64,000 nt of DNA, from the NCBI GenBank assembly GCA_036497565.1, contig DASXJE010000257.1:12532-76531 (forward strand), in the 5' to 3' direction. Below, piece after piece: positions 53,267 to 63,219 of the stretch (its first letter is position 1; every line of letters starts with the position of its first letter). Both the position numbers and the translations under genes were made by a program. This DNA is from Mycobacteriales bacterium. GTDB lineage: Bacteria; Actinomycetota; Actinomycetes; Mycobacteriales; QHCD01. A model generated the notes under the pieces. It did not search any database. It saw nothing but the letters and a program-made list of their open reading frames with translations, and was not told the origin of the DNA.

Positions 53267-55375
53267 GTGCAGGTCTGGCCAGGGCCTTCCTACCCGCTAG
53301 GCGCCACCCACGACGGGACGGGCACCACGTTCTCGATCTTCTCGGAGGTCGCCGAGCGGGTGGAGCTGTGCCTCTTCGACGAGGACGGCACCGAGGAGCG
53401 GGTCGTGCTCCCGGAGGTCGACGGCTTCGTGTGGCACGGCTACCTGCCGGGCGTCCTCCCCGGCCAGCGCTACGGCTACCGGGTGTATGGCCCCTACAAC
53501 CCCAAGGCGGGCCAGCGCTGTAACCCGTCCAAGCTGCTCCTCGACCCCTACTCGAAGGCGATCGAGGGCGACATCGACTGGGACCCGTCGCTGTTCAGCT
53601 ACCGGTTCGACGCGCGGGACCGTCAGGAAACCACCGACTCCGCCCCGCACATGCCGAAGTCGGTCGTGGTCAACCCGTTCTTCGACTGGGGCAACGACCG
53701 CGCACCGAAGCGCCCCTACAACGAGTCGCTCATCTACGAAGCGCATGTGCGGGGACTGACCTACCGCAACCCCAAGATTCCCGAGGAGCTGCGGGGCACC
53801 TACGCCGGGATCGCACACCCGACGACCATCGATCACCTGAACCGGCTCGGCATCACGGCCATCGAACTCATGCCCGTGCACCAGTTCGTCCACGATCACG
53901 GCCTGGTCCAGCGCGGCCTGCGCAACTACTGGGGCTACAACACGATCGGCTTCCTCGCCCCGCACAACGCCTACGCCGCCACCGGGCAGGCCGGCCAGCA
54001 GGTGCCGGAGTTCAAGGCGATGGTCAAGGCCCTGCACGAGGCCGGGATCGAAGTCATCCTCGACGTCGTCTACAACCACACCGCCGAAGGCAACCACCTC
54101 GGCCCGACGCTGTCGTTCCGCGGCATCGACAACGCGTCGTACTACCGGCTCGTCGAGGACAAGCCCGAGTTCTACATGGACTACACGGGCACCGGAAACT
54201 CCCTCAACGTCCGGCATCCCCACGCCCTGCAGCTGATCATGGACTCGCTGCGCTACTGGGTCACCGAGATGCACGTCGACGGGTTCCGCTTCGACCTTGC
54301 GGCCGCGCTCGCCCGGGAGTTCTACGACGTCGAGCGACTGTCGACATTCTTCGACCTGGTGCAGCAGGACCCGACGGTGAGCCAGGTGAAACTGATCGCC
54401 GAGCCATGGGACGTCGGCCCCGGCGGCTACCAGGTCGGCAACTTCCCTCCACAGTGGACGGAGTGGAACGGCCAGTTCCGCGACACGGTCAGGGATTTCT
54501 GGCGCGGCGAGCCGGCGACGCTGGGGGAATTCGCCGCCCGGATCACCGGATCGGCCGATCTCTACGCCCAGTCGGGGCGACGTCCGATCGCCAGCATCAA
54601 CTTCGTCACCTGCCACGACGGATTCACGCTGACCGATCTCGTCTCCTACAACAACAAGCACAACGAAGCCAACGGCGAGGGCAACCGCGATGGCGAGAGC
54701 CACAACAGATCGTGGAACTGCGGCGTGGAAGGGCCGAGCGACGATCCCGATGTCCTCGCACTGCGCGGAAAGCAGCGACGTAACTTCCTCGCCACCCTGC
54801 TGCTGTCCCTCGGTGTCCCCATGCTGCTGCACGGCGACGAGCTAGGCCGCACCCAGCGCGGCAACAACAACACCTACTGCCAGGACAACGAGATCACCTG
54901 GGTCGACTGGGAAGACGTCGACGATGAGCTGATCGAGTTCACGGCCCGACTGTCGGACCTTCGGCGGGAGCACCAGGTCTTCCGGCGGCGCCGCTTCTTC
55001 GACGGACGGCCGATCCGCCGCGGCGGCGGCGAACCGCTGCGCGACATCGGCTGGCTCACCCCGTCCGGTGAGGAGATGACCGAGCAGGACTGGGGTTCCG
55101 GCTTCGGCCGGTCCGTCGCCGTATTCCTCAACGGCGAAGGCATCCCCGACACGGATGCGCGCGGCGAGCGCATCGTCGACGACTCCTTCCTGCTCTGCTT
55201 CAACGCGCACGACGCCGGGATCGACTTCACCATGCCGCACGAGGAATACGCGACGACCTGGGAAATCGTGCTCGACACCGCCCGTCCGGAGCTGGAGGAT
55301 CCCGAGGCGGTCGAGGCCGAACAGACCGTGACGGTCGACGCACGCTCGCTGCTCGTGCTACGGAAGGATTCCTGA
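53267..55375 (+). CDS. glgX: Glycogen debranching enzyme
   Basis: CBM48 + GH13: YEAHVRG, NYWGYN, LDVVYNH, DGFRFDLA, AEPWD, TCHDGF. Confidence 0.96.
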   Translation: MQVWPGPSYPLGATHDGTGTTFSIFSEVAERVELCLFDEDGTEERVVLPEVDGFVWHGYLPGVLPGQRYGYRVYGPYNPKAGQRCNPSKLLLDPYSKAIEGDIDWDPSLFSYRFDARDRQETTDSAPHMPKSVVVNPFFDWGNDRAPKRPYNESLIYEAHVRGLTYRNPKIPEELRGTYAGIAHPTTIDHLNRLGITAIELMPVHQFVHDHGLVQRGLRNYWGYNTIGFLAPHNAYAATGQAGQQVPEFKAMVKALHEAGIEVILDVVYNHTAEGNHLGPTLSFRGIDNASYYRLVEDKPEFYMDYTGTGNSLNVRHPHALQLIMDSLRYWVTEMHVDGFRFDLAAALAREFYDVERLSTFFDLVQQDPTVSQVKLIAEPWDVGPGGYQVGNFPPQWTEWNGQFRDTVRDFWRGEPATLGEFAARITGSADLYAQSGRRPIASINFVTCHDGFTLTDLVSYNNKHNEANGEGNRDGESHNRSWNCGVEGPSDDPDVLALRGKQRRNFLATLLLSLGVPMLLHGDELGRTQRGNNNTYCQDNEITWVDWEDVDDELIEFTARLSDLRREHQVFRRRRFFDGRPIRRGGGEPLRDIGWLTPSGEEMTEQDWGSGFGRSVAVFLNGEGIPDTDARGERIVDDSFLLCFNAHDAGIDFTMPHEEYATTWEIVLDTARPELEDPEAVEAEQTVTVDARSLLVLRKDS

Positions 55376-55376
55376 C

Positions 55377-57653
55377 GTGCCGGTCCCCCATGCGACGTAT
55401 CGCGTGCAGGTCAGCCCGTCCTTCGACCTGTGGCAGGCGGCCGGTGTCGCCGAATACCTCGCCGACCTCGGCGTCAGCCACTTCTACTCGTCACCGCTGC
55501 TCGAGGCGACGTCGGGCTCGATGCACGGCTACGACGTCGTCGACCACTCGCGGGTGAGCGAGCAGCTCGGCGGTGAGGCCGCCCGGCACGCCCTGTGCGG
55601 CGCGCTCAAGGCGCACCGGCTCGGGATGGTCGTCGACATCGTGCCCAACCACGTCGGGGTCGCCGACGCGTCGGCAAACAAGTGGTGGTGGGACGTGCTG
55701 CTGCTGGGTCCCCAGTCGGCCTACGCGCGCTACTTCGACATCGACTGGTCCCGCGGCCGACTCGTCCTTCCGATCCTGGGCGACGCGCCCGACGAGCTCG
55801 ACCACCTCCGGGTCGAGGACGGCGAGCTGCGCTACTACGAACACCGTTTTCCGCTCGCCGTCGGGACCGGAGGCGGCACACCGCGTGAGGTCCACGACCA
55901 CCAGCACTACGAGCTCGTGCCGTGGCGTCGGGGCAACGCCGAGGTCAACTACCGGCGGTTCTTCGCCGTCTCGACGCTGGCCGCGATCCGGGTGGAGGAG
56001 CCCGAGGTCTTCGAGACCACCCATCGGGAGGTTCTGCGGTGGGCGACGGAGGGTGACCTCGACGGGATCCGCATCGACCACCCGGACGGCCTGGCCGATC
56101 CGACCGGCTACCTCGAACGGCTGGCCGGTGTCGCGCCGACGCAGTGGCTGATCGTCGAGAAGATCCTCGAGCCCGGCGAGGTCCTTCCCGCGCCGTGGCC
56201 CTGTGCCGGAACCACCGGATACGACGCGCTCACCGAGGTCGACTCGGTCTTCGTCGACCGCGCCGGCGAGCCGATTCTGTCTGCGCTGCAGACCGAGCTG
56301 GCCGGGCCGCAGCCCTCGTGGGACGACCTGGTGCACGACTGCAAGCTCGACGTCGCCAGCGACATGCAACGTGCCGAGGTCGCGCGGATGGCCCGGCTGG
56401 TGCCGGAGACCCCCGACGCGGACCAGGCGATCGCCGAGGCGCTGGCCTGCTTCCCGGTCTACCGTTCCTACCTGCCCGACGTCGGCGGCACCGATCTGGC
56501 GACCGCACTGGCCGAGGCGGTCCGGCGGCGGCCCGACCTGGCCGGGGTGCTCGAGGCGCTGTCCCCCCGGCTGCACGATCCGGCCGACGAACTGGCGATC
56601 CGGTTCCAGCAGCAGTCCGGCGCGGTGATGGCCAAGGGCGTCGAGGACACGGCGTACTACCGGGCGACCCGGTTCGTCGCGGCCAACGAGGTGGGCGGCG
56701 ACCCGGCCCGGATCGGCCGGTCGGTCACCGACTTCCACGCGGCGGCCCGGCGCCGCCTCGACCGCCACCCGGCCGGGATGACCACGCTGTCGACCCACGA
56801 CACCAAGCGCGCGGAGGACGTGCGGGCCCGGCTCGCCGTACTCGCCGAACTCCCCGGGGAATGGGCCGACGCGGTCCGCCGGTGGACGGCTGCCGCCCCG
56901 CTGCCCGACGGGGCCTTCGCCAATTTGCTGTGGCAGACCGTGGCCGGGAGTTGGCCGATCGAGCGCGATCGGCTGCACGCCTACCTGGAGAAGGCGGCCC
57001 GCGAAGCCCGGACCGCGACGTCCTGGGACGACCCCGACGAGAGGTTCGAGCAGGCCATGCACGCGGTCGCCGACCGGGTGTACGACGACCCGGACCTGCG
57101 GGCCGACGTCGAGGCGTTCGTCGGTCGGATCACGCCGTACGGATGGTCGAACTCGCTTGGCGCCAAGCTCGTCCAGCTCACGATGCCCGGTGTCCCGGAC
57201 GTCTACCAGGGCAGCGAGCTCTGGGACAACTCGCTGGTCGATCCCGACAACCGGCGGCCGGTCGATTTCACCCGGCGCCGCGCGCTGCTCGCCGCACTCG
57301 ACGACGGGCTGCTCCCCGAGGTCGACGACAGCGGTGCCGCGAAGCTCCTGGTCACCTCCCGTGCGCTCCGGCTCCGCCGGGACCAGCCGGAACTGTTCAC
57401 CGGCTACGTGCCGTTGTCGGCAGCGGGTCCGGCGGCCGAGCAGGTGCTGGCCTTCGACCGCGGTGGCGCGATCACGGTGGCCACCCTGGGGCCGGCCGGC
57501 CTGGACCGCGCGGCCGGCTGGCTCGACACCACGCTGACCCTGCCGGGCGAGGGCTGGACCGACGTACTGACCGGCGCCGCCTACGACGCCGGACCGGTCC
57601 CGGTCGGCGATCTGCTCGACCGTTACCCGGTGGCGCTGCTCACCGCCGGGTGA
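55377..57653 (+). CDS. treY: Maltooligosyl trehalose synthase
   Basis: ATYRVQ, HGYDVVD, DIVPNH, RIDHPDGL, VEKIL, STHDTKR. Confidence 0.96.
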   Translation: MPVPHATYRVQVSPSFDLWQAAGVAEYLADLGVSHFYSSPLLEATSGSMHGYDVVDHSRVSEQLGGEAARHALCGALKAHRLGMVVDIVPNHVGVADASANKWWWDVLLLGPQSAYARYFDIDWSRGRLVLPILGDAPDELDHLRVEDGELRYYEHRFPLAVGTGGGTPREVHDHQHYELVPWRRGNAEVNYRRFFAVSTLAAIRVEEPEVFETTHREVLRWATEGDLDGIRIDHPDGLADPTGYLERLAGVAPTQWLIVEKILEPGEVLPAPWPCAGTTGYDALTEVDSVFVDRAGEPILSALQTELAGPQPSWDDLVHDCKLDVASDMQRAEVARMARLVPETPDADQAIAEALACFPVYRSYLPDVGGTDLATALAEAVRRRPDLAGVLEALSPRLHDPADELAIRFQQQSGAVMAKGVEDTAYYRATRFVAANEVGGDPARIGRSVTDFHAAARRRLDRHPAGMTTLSTHDTKRAEDVRARLAVLAELPGEWADAVRRWTAAAPLPDGAFANLLWQTVAGSWPIERDRLHAYLEKAAREARTATSWDDPDERFEQAMHAVADRVYDDPDLRADVEAFVGRITPYGWSNSLGAKLVQLTMPGVPDVYQGSELWDNSLVDPDNRRPVDFTRRRALLAALDDGLLPEVDDSGAAKLLVTSRALRLRRDQPELFTGYVPLSAAGPAAEQVLAFDRGGAITVATLGPAGLDRAAGWLDTTLTLPGEGWTDVLTGAAYDAGPVPVGDLLDRYPVALLTAG

Positions 57654-57764
57654 CGCCGAACGCCCGGGTGACGAGGGTCGCGGGTCGGGCGGACCCGCCT
57701 TGCCCGATCGCGGGTCGGCCGGGTAGGACTTCCGCACGTTCGCGATACCGATGAGAGGACCCCG

Positions 57765-59504
57765 ATGACGACCTTCGAGGTGTGGGCGCCACGGCCCGGG
57801 CACGTGCGCACCCGCATCGGGGACGACGACACCGAGATGACCCACGGCCCGGGCGGCTGGTGGCGGGTCGACATCCCGGACCTCCCCGACGACACCGAGT
57901 ATGCGTTCGTCCTCGACGACGACCCGACGGCCATCCCCGATCCCCGCTCACTCTGGCAACCGACCGGCGTGCACGGGCCGAGCCGCATCTACGACCAGGC
58001 CGGCTACGACTGGCGGGACGGCGGGTGGACCGGTCGGCAACTCGCCGGAGGTGTCATCTACGAATTGCACGTCGGCACCTTCAGCCCGGAGGGCACGTTC
58101 GACGGCGCGGCCGGACGGCTCGACCACCTGGTCGAGCTCGGCGTCGATTTCGTCGAGCTCCTTCCGGTCAATGCGTTCAACGGCGACCGCAACTGGGGCT
58201 ACGACGGCGTCGGGTGGTACGCCGTGCACGACCCCTACGGCGGCCCGGACGGCCTGAAGCGCCTCGTCGACGCCTGCCACGCGCGCGGGCTCGGGGTGAT
58301 CCTCGACGTCGTCTACAACCACCTCGGCCCGTCCGGCAACTACCTCGACCGGTTCGGCCCCTACCTCACGGAGGCGGCCAACACCTGGGGTCGCAACGTC
58401 AACCTCGACGGTCCGGACTCCGACCCGGTCCGCCGGCACATCATCGACAACGCGTTGATGTGGCTGTCCGACTACCACATCGACGGTCTGCGCATCGACG
58501 CCGTGCATGCGCTCGCCGACCGGCGGGCGGTGCATCTGCTGGAGGAGATGGCCACCGAGGTCGATGCGTTGTCGGCCCACGTGGGTCGCCCCTTGACCCT
58601 CATCGCGGAGTCCGACCTCAACGACCCGAAACTCATCACTCCGCGCGAGGCGGGCGGATTCGGGTTGGCGGCGCAGTGGAGCGACGACTTCCACCATGCG
58701 CTGCACACCGCACTCACCGGCGAGCGCCAGGGTTACTACGCCGACTTCGGCTCACTCCAGACGCTGGCCACCACGTTGCGCCAGGCGTACTTCCACGCCG
58801 GAACGTGGTCGAGCTTCCGGCACCGGATCCACGGTCGACCGGTCGACATCGCCCGGACCCCGGCCTGGCGTTTCCTGGGCTACCTGCAGAACCACGACCA
58901 GATCGGAAACCGCGCGATCGGCGACCGGATCAGCGCGACCCTGTCGGACGGGCTGGTCAAGGTGGGCGCCGCGCTGGTGCTGACCGCGCCGTTCACGCCG
59001 ATGCTCTTCATGGGTGAGGAGTGGGCCGCTTCGACCCCGTGGCAGTTCTTCACCAGCCACCCGGAGCCGGAGCTGGGGTCGACGGTGGCCGACGGACGGC
59101 GCGCCGAGTTCGCCGAGCACGGCTGGGCCGCGGACGACGTCCCGGATCCCCAGGACCAGAAGACCTTCGAACGCTCCCGGCTGGACTGGCGGGAGCTCGA
59201 CGACGAGGTCCACTCCGGGATGCTCGACTTCTACACGCGGCTGCTCGCCTTGCGCCGCTCCCGCCCCGAGCTCAGCGACCCACGCCTCGGGCGGGTGCAC
59301 GTCCGCTACGACGACGAGTCCCGCTGGCTGGTGCTGCACCGCGACGCGATCGCCGTCGCCTGCAACCTGAGTACCGACCGGCAGCCGGTGCCGATCGACG
59401 GCACCCCCCGTGAGGTCCTGCTCGCCTCGACGTCGGGCTTCGTCTACCGCGACGGGATCGTCGAGATCGACGGTGAGTCGGTCGCAGTGCTGGCTCTCGC
59501 CTGA
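57765..59504 (+). CDS. treZ: Maltooligosyl trehalose trehalohydrolase
   Basis: YELHVG, NWGYDG, LRIDAVH, IAESD, QNHDQIGNR. Confidence 0.96.
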   Translation: MTTFEVWAPRPGHVRTRIGDDDTEMTHGPGGWWRVDIPDLPDDTEYAFVLDDDPTAIPDPRSLWQPTGVHGPSRIYDQAGYDWRDGGWTGRQLAGGVIYELHVGTFSPEGTFDGAAGRLDHLVELGVDFVELLPVNAFNGDRNWGYDGVGWYAVHDPYGGPDGLKRLVDACHARGLGVILDVVYNHLGPSGNYLDRFGPYLTEAANTWGRNVNLDGPDSDPVRRHIIDNALMWLSDYHIDGLRIDAVHALADRRAVHLLEEMATEVDALSAHVGRPLTLIAESDLNDPKLITPREAGGFGLAAQWSDDFHHALHTALTGERQGYYADFGSLQTLATTLRQAYFHAGTWSSFRHRIHGRPVDIARTPAWRFLGYLQNHDQIGNRAIGDRISATLSDGLVKVGAALVLTAPFTPMLFMGEEWAASTPWQFFTSHPEPELGSTVADGRRAEFAEHGWAADDVPDPQDQKTFERSRLDWRELDDEVHSGMLDFYTRLLALRRSRPELSDPRLGRVHVRYDDESRWLVLHRDAIAVACNLSTDRQPVPIDGTPREVLLASTSGFVYRDGIVEIDGESVAVLALA

Positions 59505-59728
59505 CCCTCGTCCTGGCGTTCACTACTGGACGTAACGGCCGGTTGGCTCCATGTAGATACGCTGTTCGCTGATTCGGCCGTACTCCGACCGTGGGCGCCC
59601 CGGATCGGCCGCTGTTTGCCGATCCTTTACCGATGCTTGGCCAAATGTGGATACCGCGCGAGGCCGAAGTACTGCACTATCTGGCCCAGCGATAAGGTCG
59701 AGGTAGTGGGATAAACCAGGAGGTATAG

Positions 59729-60925
59729 ATGAAAAAGTGGACGAGGCTCGGCGCGATAGGGGTCGCCGTGCTCGCCTCGGCGGTGTGGGCCGGCACCGCC
59801 GGTGCCTCCCCGGGCAGCACGGCCACGAGCAGCGCGCAGGCCCAGACATACGTCGCCAACTGCGGCCAATCGGCTCCCCGCGGGCAGGCCAGATGCTTCG
59901 CGGTGCACCGGAGCCACTCGGTCCAGCCGGCCGCCGCCGCGGCCGCCCCGAGCGGCTACGGACCCAGTGACCTGCAGTCGGCCTACAACCTGCCGGCCGG
60001 TGGCTCCGGACAGACGGTCGCCATCGTCGACGCCCAGGACGACCCGAATGCCGAGTCCGACCTCGCGGCCTACCGCGCGCAGTACGGCCTTCCGGCGTGC
60101 ACGACCGCCAACGGCTGTTTCACCAAGCTCAACCAGAGCGGGCAGCAGGGCTCCTACCCCGCTCCGGACGCGGGCTGGGCCGGGGAGATCTCCCTCGACC
60201 TAGACATGGTGTCGGCCACCTGCCCCGGCTGCCACATCGACCTGGTCGAGGCGGATTCGGCATCCTTCGCCGACCTCGGGGCGGCCGAGAACACCGCAGC
60301 GTCCAAGACCGACATCGTGAGCAACAGCTACGGCGGCAGCGACGCGTCGGACGCGCAGTTCGGCCAGTACTACAACCACCCCGGCGTCGCCATCACGGCC
60401 AGCGCGGGTGACAGCGGCTACGTCGGCGCGTCCTATCCCGCCTCGTCGTCGTCGGTGATCGCGGTCGGCGGTACGGCGCTGACCCGCGACTCCAGCTCAC
60501 GCGGCTGGAGCGAGACGGTGTGGAACAACAGCTCGGGCGGCACCGGAAGCGGTTGTTCGGCGTACAACGCCGCGATCTCCGGTGCGGCCTCGTTCAACAC
60601 CGGCTGCAGCAAGCGGGCGATGAACGACGTGTCTGCCGTCGCCGACCCGGAGACCGGTGTCGCGGTCTACGACACCTACCAGGCACCGGGCTGGCAGGTC
60701 TACGGCGGGACCAGCGCCTCCGCGCCGATCATCGCCGGTGTGATCGGTCTGGCCGGCAACGCGTCGAGCGTCACCCCGAGCACGCCGTACAGCAACGCGG
60801 GTGAGCTTTTCGACGTGACTTCGGGCAGCAACGGATCCTGCTCACCGAGCCAGCTGTGCACGGCCCGTGCCGGCTGGGACGGACCGACCGGGCTCGGCAC
60901 ACCGAACGGCGTCGGCGCCTTCTGA
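59729..60925 (+). CDS. Secreted S53 (sedolisin-like) serine peptidase
   Basis: AGGAGG RBS, signal peptide, EISLD, SAGDSG, GGTSAS, GWDGPTGLGTP Ca site. Confidence 0.88.
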   Translation: MKKWTRLGAIGVAVLASAVWAGTAGASPGSTATSSAQAQTYVANCGQSAPRGQARCFAVHRSHSVQPAAAAAAPSGYGPSDLQSAYNLPAGGSGQTVAIVDAQDDPNAESDLAAYRAQYGLPACTTANGCFTKLNQSGQQGSYPAPDAGWAGEISLDLDMVSATCPGCHIDLVEADSASFADLGAAENTAASKTDIVSNSYGGSDASDAQFGQYYNHPGVAITASAGDSGYVGASYPASSSSVIAVGGTALTRDSSSRGWSETVWNNSSGGTGSGCSAYNAAISGAASFNTGCSKRAMNDVSAVADPETGVAVYDTYQAPGWQVYGGTSASAPIIAGVIGLAGNASSVTPSTPYSNAGELFDVTSGSNGSCSPSQLCTARAGWDGPTGLGTPNGVGAF

Positions 60926-60944
60926 CGAGCAACACCCCGCAGCG

Positions 60945-60982
60945 ACGGCGCCCGGGAGTCTCCCTTCCCTCCCGGGCGCCGT
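60945..60982 (+). terminator. Stem-loop terminator after the S53 peptidase gene
   Basis: ACGGCGCCCGGGAG / CTCCCGGGCGCCGT 14-bp stem about 20 nt after the stop. Confidence 0.65.
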
Positions 60983-61013
60983 TGTCATCTCCGTAGCTCC
61001 TCCCGCGCCCGCT

Positions 61014-61074
61014 ATTCCGCGTGAACGTGACGTTCACGCGCTCTAGCCGCATCAACGTCACGTTGACGCGGAAT
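61014..61074. repeat. Second inverted palindrome doublet (REP/BIME-like)
   Basis: CGCGTGAACGT-G-ACGTTCACGCG (61018-61040) and TCAACGT-C-ACGTTGA (61052-61066) inside ATTCCGCGT/ACGCGGAAT ends. Confidence 0.78.
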
Positions 61075-61095
61075 GGGGTGTGGTGGGATGGGCCG

Positions 61096-61860
61096 GTGCG
61101 CCGCCTTCTTCCTGCCGAACCCGCCGAAACGCCGGACGCCGGCCCACTCACCGACGACGACCTGGTGGCGGCGTACGCCGTCCCGCGCGGTCCGGCCCCG
61201 TACGTGCGGGCCAACTTCATCACCAGCGCCGACGGCGCCGCGAGCCTGAACGGCCGCTCCGGCGGGTTGTCGACGCCCGCCGACCGCCGGCTGTTCGCGC
61301 TCCTGCGTGACATGGCCGACGTCATCCTGGTCGGCGCCGGCACCGCCCGGGTCGAGCGCTACCGCCCGGCGGAGGCCGACGAGGTGCGGCGGGCGCGCCG
61401 CCGGTCGCTGGGGCTGGCGCCGCTGCCGCGGATCGCCGTCGTCAGCGGGCGGCTCGACCTCGACCCGGCGTCGCCGCTGTTCGCCCCGGACAAGCTCCGC
61501 ACCATCGTCGTGACGCACCGCTCCGCGCCGGAGGATCGGCGGGCCGCGCTCGCCGAGGTCGCCGATGTCATCGTCGCCGGCGACGACGCGGTCGACATCA
61601 CCGCGGCGATCGACGAGCTCGCCGCACGGAAGCTCACCCGGGTGTCGTGTGAGGGAGGACCGACGCTCCTGCGCACCGTCCTCGCTGCCCAGCGCCTCGA
61701 CGAGCTCTGCCTGACGATCGTCCCGACCCTCGTCGGCGCGGCCTCCCATCGGCTCACGGCCGGACCCATCGCCGACCCGACCACACTCACGGTTCGGCAT
61801 CTGCTCGAGGAGGACGGCGCGCTGTTCCTCCGCTACCTCACCGCAGATGTGTCGGTCTGA
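61096..61860 (+). CDS. RibD C-terminal-like pyrimidine reductase family protein
   Basis: VRANFITSADGA, ADVILVGAGTAR, CEGGPTL, DELCLTIVP. Confidence 0.88.
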   Translation: MRRLLPAEPAETPDAGPLTDDDLVAAYAVPRGPAPYVRANFITSADGAASLNGRSGGLSTPADRRLFALLRDMADVILVGAGTARVERYRPAEADEVRRARRRSLGLAPLPRIAVVSGRLDLDPASPLFAPDKLRTIVVTHRSAPEDRRAALAEVADVIVAGDDAVDITAAIDELAARKLTRVSCEGGPTLLRTVLAAQRLDELCLTIVPTLVGAASHRLTAGPIADPTTLTVRHLLEEDGALFLRYLTADVSV

Positions 61861-61967
61861 TCACATCGACCCGGAAAGTGCGACATTCTGACCACAGGAC
61901 GCATCCATTGACCGGAGGCGACGCCCCCGGAGACAACGTCACTGCCGCGAAGAGATGAGGACCTGCC

Positions 61968-62456
61968 ATGGCACAGGACAAACCGGCGCACGCGGTCTCG
62001 AGCAGCACACCACCCGATCAGAACGTCGGTGGGACCGCCTCGGCCGTCACCCAGGTGGCCGCCCTGGACAGCCCGCAGGGGCGGACCTCGATCGCGGACT
62101 CGGTCGTGCAGAAGATCGCCGGCATCGCGACCCGCGAGGTCGCCGGTGTCTACAAGCTGGGGAGCGGCACGGCGCGGGCGTTCGGGTCGTTGCGGGAACG
62201 CATCCCCGGTAGCGGTGGCCCCGCGGTCACCCAGGGCGTGTCTGTGGAGGTGGGCGAGAAGCAGACGGCGATCGACCTCGACATCGTCGTGGAGTACGGC
62301 GTCGCGATCGCCCAACTCGCGCACGGCGTACGGCGCAACGTCATCACCGCCGTCGAACGGATGACCGGCCTCGACGTCATCGAAGTCAACATCAGCGTCG
62401 ATGACATCCACCTGCCGGGCGAGGAAGAGCCGGAGCAGCCGACACGGGTCCAGTGA
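61968..62456 (+). CDS. Asp23/Gls24 family envelope stress protein
   Basis: GRTSIADSVVQKIAG, GVSVEVGE, VIEVNISVDDIHLP. Confidence 0.92.
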   Translation: MAQDKPAHAVSSSTPPDQNVGGTASAVTQVAALDSPQGRTSIADSVVQKIAGIATREVAGVYKLGSGTARAFGSLRERIPGSGGPAVTQGVSVEVGEKQTAIDLDIVVEYGVAIAQLAHGVRRNVITAVERMTGLDVIEVNISVDDIHLPGEEEPEQPTRVQ

Positions 62457-62758
62457 GTGCCCGCACCGAGCCCGATGCGGACGGACTGGTCACCGCCGTC
62501 CGTGCCACGCCGGGCGTGGCTCGCATGTACGCCGGGCGGTTCGGCGAGATCGCGACCTACCTGCCCGGGCGGAAGGTCAGCGGCGTCGAGATCGGCGAGG
62601 AGCGGGTCGTGGTGCACGTCGTGGCCCGGTACGGCGTCCCGACGCCCGCGCTCGCCGAGACGGTCCGGGCCGCGGCGGCGCTCTACGCGCCCGGGTTCGC
62701 GATCGACGTCGTCATCGAGGACGTGGAGCTCACGCCTGAGGAGGGCGCACATGGATGA
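62453..62758 (+). CDS. Asp23-like small protein
   Basis: Coupled start; EIATYLPGRKVSGV...VHVV...IDVVIEDV. Confidence 0.7.
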   Translation: MSARTEPDADGLVTAVRATPGVARMYAGRFGEIATYLPGRKVSGVEIGEERVVVHVVARYGVPTPALAETVRAAAALYAPGFAIDVVIEDVELTPEEGAHG

Positions 62759-62996
62759 CCGGCCCCGCCGGAGCGACTTCCGGGAGTTCGTCCGCACCCA
62801 CCACCCCGACGTGGGAGGCGATCAGGCGACGTTCGTCGCCGGTCTGGCCGCCTACCGCCCGGCCGTGATCCGCGCCGACGATCCCCGGTTGGCCGCCGAC
62901 GTGGTATTCCGGCGTACCCCCCACGGCCTCCTGGCCGTGGTCGACCGGATGGTGCGGTGGTACGCACAACGCCGCCGTCCACCGCGGGTGCGCTGA
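62751..62996 (+). CDS. 81-aa protein with HPD (J-domain-like) motif
   Basis: GAGGAGG RBS; FREFVRTHHPDVGGD. Confidence 0.65.
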   Translation: MDDRPRRSDFREFVRTHHPDVGGDQATFVAGLAAYRPAVIRADDPRLAADVVFRRTPHGLLAVVDRMVRWYAQRRRPPRVR

Positions 62997-63045
62997 CACC
63001 GCGCCCACCGCGCGCCTGCCGGCGCGCGACCCGAAGGAGGAGACA

Positions 63046-63219
63046 ATGTCACCGTCACAGCTGGGAATCGCGGTCGGTATGGCGCTCGGCTTCGCCGGTG
63101 CCTTCGGCGGCTTCAGCGCGTTCATCGTCGTCCTCGTGCTCGGGATCATCGGCTTCATCGTCGGCCGGGTCATCGAGTCCGAGTTCGACATCGAATCGGT
63201 CTTCCGGCGCCGCTCGTGA
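63046..63219 (+). CDS. Small two-helix membrane protein (DUF2273-like)
   Basis: AAGGAGGAG RBS; MSPSQLGIAVGMALGFAGAFGGFSAFIVVLVLGIIGFIVGR...; not in track. Confidence 0.8.
   Translation: MSPSQLGIAVGMALGFAGAFGGFSAFIVVLVLGIIGFIVGRVIESEFDIESVFRRRS

Noticed and set aside
59540-59720. c-di-AMP (ydaO) riboswitch before the secreted peptidase
   Set aside because: Only a CGCTGATTC fragment resembles it; the GGGGAACC and ACCCGTCAGCTAAC-type elements are absent
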